This document shows positions 58,597-64,000 of a stretch of DNA of 64,000 bases, in pieces. The notes under the pieces are model-generated. The model was not told the DNA's origin. It made no database searches and saw only the letters and a program-made list of their open reading frames with translations. The stretch spans positions 192,001 through 256,000 of the forward strand of contig CAVTUQ010000009.1 of the NCBI GenBank assembly GCA_963737905.1, written 5' to 3'. Position numbers and translations under genes: made by a program. Position 1 is the first letter of the stretch. The number at the start of each line of letters is the position of its first letter. Source of the DNA: an uncultured delta proteobacterium (lineage in GTDB: Bacteria; Desulfobacterota; Binatia; UBA9968).

Positions 58597-60285
58597 TTAC
58601 TGAAGCTCTCTTGCTATCCAACCGTCCATCTTTGCTTCCAGCAAGTCCAGCGGCAGCGCGCCGTCTCTGAGCAGCTCATCGTGGAACCTGCGAATGTCGA
58701 ACTTGTTTCCGAGCGTGTTCTCGGCCTTGGAGCGAATCGCAGAAATCTTGAGCTGGCCGATCTTGTAGGCCAGCGCCTGACCGGGCATGGCGATGTAACG
58801 ATCAACCTCGTTGACAATGTCCAGTTCCTGTCTGGCTGTGTTTGCCCGAAAAAAGTCAATCGCCTTCTGACGATCCCAACGCATGTAATGGAGACCCGTA
58901 TCCACCACCAGACGCACCGCGCGCCACATTTCATAAGTTAGCCGCCCGAATTTCGAATAGGGATCGTCGTCGAGTCCCATCTCTTCGCCGAGCGACTCGG
59001 CGTACAGTCCCCATCCTTCGACAAAGGCCGTGGTGCCGCCGTGGCGTCTGAAATTTGGCAGCTCTTCCTGTTCCATAGCCAGAGCAATCTGCAAGTGATG
59101 TCCCGGCACTGCCTCGTGAAGTGACAGCACCATCATTTCATACTTGGGTCTCGTCTCCGGTTTGTAAAGGTTCACGAAGTAAGTCCCGGCGCGAGAACCA
59201 TCGGCGGCGGGCGAGCGATAGTAGGCCGTCGTACTATCCGGCGCGATATTTTCCGGAATCGGTTCTATCCCGTAAGGCATGCGAGGCAGAGTTTGGAAAA
59301 TTTTTACCAGCAGAGGATCGATGCGCTTGCTCAACGCTCTATAGGCCTGGAGCAATTCTTCCGGTGTCTTGTAGTAAAATTGCGAATCCCTGCGCAAAAA
59401 CTCGGCGAATTCTTCCATCGATTCATATCCCAGGGTGTGGATAATCGACTGCAACTCGCCCTGGATGCGCGCCACTTCCCGGAGGCCGATCTCGTGGATC
59501 TCCTCAGGCGTCAGGTTCGTCGTCGTGTGCAAGCGGACAGCGAAGCGGTACATCTCTTCTCCCTGAGGAAGCTGCCAGAAACCGACCTGATCGGGAGACG
59601 CCGGGAGATAATCCTCGACAAAAAATTCTTTGAACCGGCGAAAACCGGGAACGACATCCGATTGGATGGCGTTCTCCGCGGCGGAAGCCAGCCGCGACCG
59701 ATCCGTTGCTCCAATTGAGCTGGCAAAATGGCTAAAGGGTTTGTAGAACGGGCTTTCTTTGGGGTCATTCACGATCTGATGATCGATCTGGGTTGGGATT
59801 CGTTCCAAAACAATCTTCGGGAGCATGATCTGTTGCTTGATACCCTCGCGCATGAGTGCGATTGTCTGCTCGATGTACGCGGGGAGCGCGCGCAGCCGCG
59901 CCAGCCAAGCGTCGTAGTCCTTGAGGGTCTCGAAGCGCAGCGCATCAGCCAGCTCATCGGCGGTCTGGACTCCGCCGAGTTGATTGAGGGGTAACAGGTG
60001 CCACCGATATCGGTGTTCTTCGACTTCGTTCTGGTAATCTTTCTGGAAAAGATCGTAATTTATGCGGTCGGAAGGCGAAAGGTCCTCGCGGTTAATGGAC
60101 TGAAGCCTGGTCAAAACTTCGATATAATGTCTGTGATGTTTTTCGATGGCATCAAAACTTCGATCTTCCCAGCGGTCGTTCCAGCGACGATCTCCTAGTC
60201 TGGATGCCCAGGTCGGGTATTGCTCCAGCTGGTAGTCCCATTCCGACACGAATAAATCATGCAGCGCTTTCGCAGCTTCGTTCAA
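58597..60285 (-). CDS. DUF885 family zinc metallopeptidase-like protein, no signal peptide
   Basis: HEAVPGHHLQ, EGWGLYAE, RAVRLVVDTGLH, EVDRY..MPGQALAYKIG. Confidence 0.9.
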   Translation of the reverse strand: MNEAAKALHDLFVSEWDYQLEQYPTWASRLGDRRWNDRWEDRSFDAIEKHHRHYIEVLTRLQSINREDLSPSDRINYDLFQKDYQNEVEEHRYRWHLLPLNQLGGVQTADELADALRFETLKDYDAWLARLRALPAYIEQTIALMREGIKQQIMLPKIVLERIPTQIDHQIVNDPKESPFYKPFSHFASSIGATDRSRLASAAENAIQSDVVPGFRRFKEFFVEDYLPASPDQVGFWQLPQGEEMYRFAVRLHTTTNLTPEEIHEIGLREVARIQGELQSIIHTLGYESMEEFAEFLRRDSQFYYKTPEELLQAYRALSKRIDPLLVKIFQTLPRMPYGIEPIPENIAPDSTTAYYRSPAADGSRAGTYFVNLYKPETRPKYEMMVLSLHEAVPGHHLQIALAMEQEELPNFRRHGGTTAFVEGWGLYAESLGEEMGLDDDPYSKFGRLTYEMWRAVRLVVDTGLHYMRWDRQKAIDFFRANTARQELDIVNEVDRYIAMPGQALAYKIGQLKISAIRSKAENTLGNKFDIRRFHDELLRDGALPLDLLEAKMDGWIARELQ

Positions 60286-60325
60286 AGGACCCTCCTCAGT
60301 TCGGTGATCTTTGGCCGCTCGGAGA

Positions 60326-62122
60326 TCAGCGTTGTTGACTCTCTATCCATACATCCATTTTGGTTTCCAGCAGATCGAGCTGCATCGCGCCGTCTTTCAG
60401 AATCTCGTCATGGAAGGCGCGGAGGTCGAACTTGGCGCCCAATGTCTTTTCTGCTTTCGATCGAATGGCAGAAATTTTTAGTTGTCCGATTTTGTAGGAG
60501 AGAGCTTGGGCCGGCCACGCGATGTAACGATCGATCTCCAAACTTGCGCCCGCTTCGCTGGCTCCTGTGGTCTCTCTCATAAACTTCAGCGCCTGGTCTC
60601 TCGACCAATGTTTGCGGTGCAGCCCCACATCCACCACCAAGCGCACGGCGCGGAATAATTCGGAATTCAAGCGGCTGAAATACTGATAAGGCTCATTGTA
60701 AAGTCCAAGCTCCTCGCCAAGGCTCTCGGCGTAAAGCGCCCAACCTTCTATAAAAGCGTTGTAGTTGACGAAACGCCTGAAACGAGGCAGCCGTTCTTCC
60801 TCTCGCTGTATTGATATTTGAAAGTGGTGACCGGGGACACTTTCGTGGAGAAACAACGACTCTGAAGGTCGCCTTGGGTTCATCTCGATGCCGGACGCGT
60901 TAACGTAAAAAATTCCCGGACGGGATCCATCGGGACTTGCGGGTTGATACTGTGACGGTGACGATTTTTCGCGGAACTGTTCCACCGTGCGGATTTCAAA
61001 CGGCGCTTTCGGGAGGCGGCCAAAGAGTTTTGTCAGTCGCGGCGTCACTTTTTGTTGGATGGCTTCGTATCCCTTGATGAGTTCGTCCCGGCTTGTGACG
61101 CCGGGAGGCGCATTCTTGGCGAGATAGCGGGAGAACTCTTGCAGGCTGCCCTGAAAGCCGCTTGCGACGCGCATCCTCTCCATCTCTTTCTTGATTCTTT
61201 GGATCTCGTCCATTCCCATTTGGTAGATTTCTTCCGGAGTCAAGTCAGTGGTGGTCCGAGCCTTGACCAGTTGCCCGTACCAGGCGTTCCCATTCGGTAG
61301 ACTGGAGAGGCCGAACGTTACTCGGGTTTTCGGAAGATACTCGTCTTGGACAAAGCCGCTCAGCTTTCGGTACGTCGGCACGATCCGTTGCTCGATGGCT
61401 TCCCTATAGGCGCGCGTAAGCCGTGCCTTCTCGGATTCGCTGAAGTCCTGCGGCATCTGCAGGATCGGTCGAAAAAACAGGCTCTGCTCGGGCTCGCGGA
61501 CGATCATCGCGTTCAGTTGGGGTAAAGTTCTTTCTACGACGACCTTGGGTTGCACTATGCCGAGCTCCACACCCTTCCGCATGTTTGTGATCGCCGTGTC
61601 CACCCAAACCTGAAATGCGTCGATGCGTTTTAGAAAATTATCGTAATCCGTGACGCTCTTGAATGGATGGACCCCGTTGCCTGAACCCATGACCGGAAAA
61701 TCGACCGGCATGCTGTTCAACTGGCGCACCGGCTGGAGATGCTGGTTAAACTGCAATACTTCGAGGTTCATCGTCAACGTGCGCTCGAAAACAGCCAAGA
61801 TGAGCTGGTCGTCTGCTTTGAGCCGGTCTCTTGGGATTGCGGTTATTTTCTTCTGGTAGTGGCGGTAAAGGGTCCGCCGTCGCTCGCGCTGCTCTTCACT
61901 GATGATGATCCCAAGCTGATCGTTGTAACGGTTGTCGCCGATGGAGGTAGCAAACAAGGGTGCCAGCTTCAGGAATTCTTCGAAGTAGTCGTCTAAGATC
62001 TGTCGCAGCTGTTGGGATTCGGTAGAAAGTTGGCTGCCGCGTTGCGGTGTAGTGAACCGCGCATCGGCCGTGCAGCCGAGCAGGGCTAAAGACAGGAGCA
62101 GAAGCCGTAGTTGAGGTTTCAT
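60326..62122 (-). CDS. DUF885 family protein, lipoprotein
   Basis: Lipobox LLG-C; HESVPGHHFQ, EGWALYAE, EIDRYIAWPAQALSYKIG. Confidence 0.9.
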   Translation of the reverse strand: MKPQLRLLLLSLALLGCTADARFTTPQRGSQLSTESQQLRQILDDYFEEFLKLAPLFATSIGDNRYNDQLGIIISEEQRERRRTLYRHYQKKITAIPRDRLKADDQLILAVFERTLTMNLEVLQFNQHLQPVRQLNSMPVDFPVMGSGNGVHPFKSVTDYDNFLKRIDAFQVWVDTAITNMRKGVELGIVQPKVVVERTLPQLNAMIVREPEQSLFFRPILQMPQDFSESEKARLTRAYREAIEQRIVPTYRKLSGFVQDEYLPKTRVTFGLSSLPNGNAWYGQLVKARTTTDLTPEEIYQMGMDEIQRIKKEMERMRVASGFQGSLQEFSRYLAKNAPPGVTSRDELIKGYEAIQQKVTPRLTKLFGRLPKAPFEIRTVEQFREKSSPSQYQPASPDGSRPGIFYVNASGIEMNPRRPSESLFLHESVPGHHFQISIQREEERLPRFRRFVNYNAFIEGWALYAESLGEELGLYNEPYQYFSRLNSELFRAVRLVVDVGLHRKHWSRDQALKFMRETTGASEAGASLEIDRYIAWPAQALSYKIGQLKISAIRSKAEKTLGAKFDLRAFHDEILKDGAMQLDLLETKMDVWIESQQR

Positions 62123-62179
62123 AGTTGGCTGTGGTTGATCCACGTTGGGTGATTTAAGCTTGATCTCGTTGCCCTCTCC

Positions 62180-63496
62180 CTAGCGAACACTCAGAACTGC
62201 TTCGCCGCGCAGCACAACCATTCTTTGGGTCCATGGTTTAATCAGAAGAATATTCAAGAACGTCGCTACTGAAAGAACCGCAAATAGTCCCCAGAGCACA
62301 AATGCGTAGCTTTCCGTCCGATCGTAGACTGCGCCGGCAAAGACGGGGCCGGCGAAGCTGCCCCACATGTAAAAGAAGCTCATCATTCCGCGAATCGTCG
62401 CGAAATAGCGCCGGCCGTAGAAGTCGCCTACCGTTGCCCAGACAACCGGAAACGATGCGTCAAGAAAGGTAAAGACGGTGGTGAATAACCAGAGTTGCCA
62501 TACCGCCGCGCTGCTGCCAATGAGAGGGAGCACGGCGACGGCGCACAGGACGTGGCACGCGGACATGAGGCCGGGCTTGTTCACTCTGTCGGCGATCCAG
62601 CCGATAATAAAATGGGCGACCATGTTGATAAAAGCGAAGGCGCCCAACAAGAAGGCGGATTCCTCTTCGCTTAGGCCTTTCCAAACCATGAGCGGGACGA
62701 AGTGCACGGTCACGGTGCTGTAAGCGGCAACCCGTGTCATCATGGAAATCACGAGCACCCAGAAAACAATGGTTCTCATGGCCTGGCCTGCGGTGAAATC
62801 TCTGTCACTGGGGTTATTGGCGAAGTTCATATTCTTGGACGCATCATCCCCGGAAGCATCGCATGGCAGATCGCCGTCAGGCAGAAGGCCCATGCTTTCC
62901 GGAGAACGACGCACGCGCAGACTCAAGGGTACACAGACCAGGAGAAACGTGCAGCCGGAAAAAAACGCCGCCCAACGCCACCCCATGGAACTTATCCCGA
63001 AGGCGAGCACCGGCGAGATCAAAGCGCCTCCTACGGGCACGGCGGCGCTGACCACCGTCATGGCGCGCGCCCGCTGGCGGATGAACCAGCTATTGGCCAC
63101 GACCATCGGCGAGTGGACGAAGCCGGCGACGAAGGCGAGGGAGATAACGCCGAGGTAAACGATCAGGAAGCTCGCGTAACTATTGACCCATGAAAGAAGA
63201 ATGTAGCCGATGCCAGCCAGCAAGGCGGCTGCGACGATGACCGGCCGGGGCCCGAAGCGGTCGACGAGGTAACCGACCAGCGGCGCCTCGATGGCTCCCT
63301 GGGCTCTGGAGAGGGAAAAGGCGAGGGAGGTGGCCGCCCGGCTCAAACCTAGATCCTGGCTGATAGGAAGAAAAAAAACTGTAAAGCCGTATTGATGCAG
63401 GCCGCCGCCCACGACACGAATAGCGGAAACCAAACTCACCATGCGCCAGCCGTAGAAGATGCGCGAGAGAAAGAGAGTGATGAAAGGCCAACTCAT
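62180..63496 (-). CDS. MFS transporter (OFA/MCT-like)
   Basis: FYGW, GYLVDRFGPR, WFIRQRARA, PESMGLLPDG, about 12 TM segments. Confidence 0.9.
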   Translation of the reverse strand: MSWPFITLFLSRIFYGWRMVSLVSAIRVVGGGLHQYGFTVFFLPISQDLGLSRAATSLAFSLSRAQGAIEAPLVGYLVDRFGPRPVIVAAALLAGIGYILLSWVNSYASFLIVYLGVISLAFVAGFVHSPMVVANSWFIRQRARAMTVVSAAVPVGGALISPVLAFGISSMGWRWAAFFSGCTFLLVCVPLSLRVRRSPESMGLLPDGDLPCDASGDDASKNMNFANNPSDRDFTAGQAMRTIVFWVLVISMMTRVAAYSTVTVHFVPLMVWKGLSEEESAFLLGAFAFINMVAHFIIGWIADRVNKPGLMSACHVLCAVAVLPLIGSSAAVWQLWLFTTVFTFLDASFPVVWATVGDFYGRRYFATIRGMMSFFYMWGSFAGPVFAGAVYDRTESYAFVLWGLFAVLSVATFLNILLIKPWTQRMVVLRGEAVLSVR

Positions 63497-63688
63497 GAGA
63501 GCAGAAGCCGGTGATCGCGCCGACGTTACGTGAAACAGGAGGGGGCGTCAAGCACTGCGGACGAACTCCTGTCGCACAAAACCGTCATTCAGTCTTGACC
63601 GTTGCGAGCGCTGTATAATACAAAACGAAGGAGGCTCAGGTGTGCCATCACGCATGAAGCAAAGCTTTTTACGGAGGAACTCAATATC

Positions 63689-64000
63689 ATGATCGCACCG
63701 AATTTGAAGAAGGCGCAGAACGAGTTGGGCGCGGAGACGACCTACCAATTATTTTTGGAACGGGAGGGAGTGCCGGCAATCCGGGCGTTCCATATCGAGG
63801 ATATCCGCCAAGTAGAGCTTCATCCGTGGCCGCGCATGGGAGGACGAGGTGTTTATCTCAACTTGGAAGGCACGGAAGGCGTCAACGATTGCTATATCTG
63901 CGAGATACCACCGGGAAAATCCCTTGAAGCACAGAAGCACCTGTTCGAGGAGATGATTTTTGTCATCGGCGGCCGCGGCGCGACAACCGTCTGGCACGAC
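63689..64000 (+). CDS. Bicupin-domain protein, N-terminal part (runs off the right edge)
   Basis: GGAGG then ATG 63689: ...TTYQLFLEREGVP...PWPRMGGRGVYLNL...YICEIPPGKSL...HLFEEMIFVIGGRGATTVW. Paralog of 1..1046; absent from the ORF track. Confidence 0.85.
   Translation, partial: MIAPNLKKAQNELGAETTYQLFLEREGVPAIRAFHIEDIRQVELHPWPRMGGRGVYLNLEGTEGVNDCYICEIPPGKSLEAQKHLFEEMIFVIGGRGATTVWHD

Overview
GC-rich bacterial chromosomal window with about 55 protein-coding genes and no rRNA, tRNA, CRISPR array or transposase that I could see. The gene content is many orphan NMT1/SsuA-type and TctC solute-binding proteins, amidohydrolases, cupins and Rieske/LigB aromatic enzymes. This resembles Candidatus Binatia-type Deltaproteobacteria, but that assignment is inference only. 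At least a dozen genes carry single-base frameshifts, often at homopolymers, most likely long-read assembly errors, and I joined those genes manually. Two loci stand out. (1) A three-gene minus-strand unit at 15036-18284 encodes a membrane-anchored N-acetylmuramoyl-L-alanine amidase, an actin-fold ATPase that looks MamK-like rather than MreB-like, and a lipidated outer-membrane beta-barrel-like protein, with no magnetosome genes nearby. (2) A grdE/grdB-like reductase pair at 45848-48556 in which grdB continues through an in-frame TGA (selenocysteine). A 17-nt SECIS-like hairpin lies 11 nt downstream of the TGA, the motif reads UxxSxxS instead of UxxCxxC, and grdA/C/D are absent from the window. 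Other content: a LysR-linked phthalate-like catabolic cluster, a transglutaminase/ATP-grasp/alpha-E peptide-ligase module with a convergent trypsin-like protease, a di-heme DUF1111 protein behind a sigma54-like promoter, a CX3CH cytochrome/beta-propeller fusion, a coiled-coil protein, an orphan NarL regulator, a HAMP-only sensor, tandem DUF885 peptidases and three kinds of intergenic palindromic repeat. All family calls come from motif recognition, not database searches.
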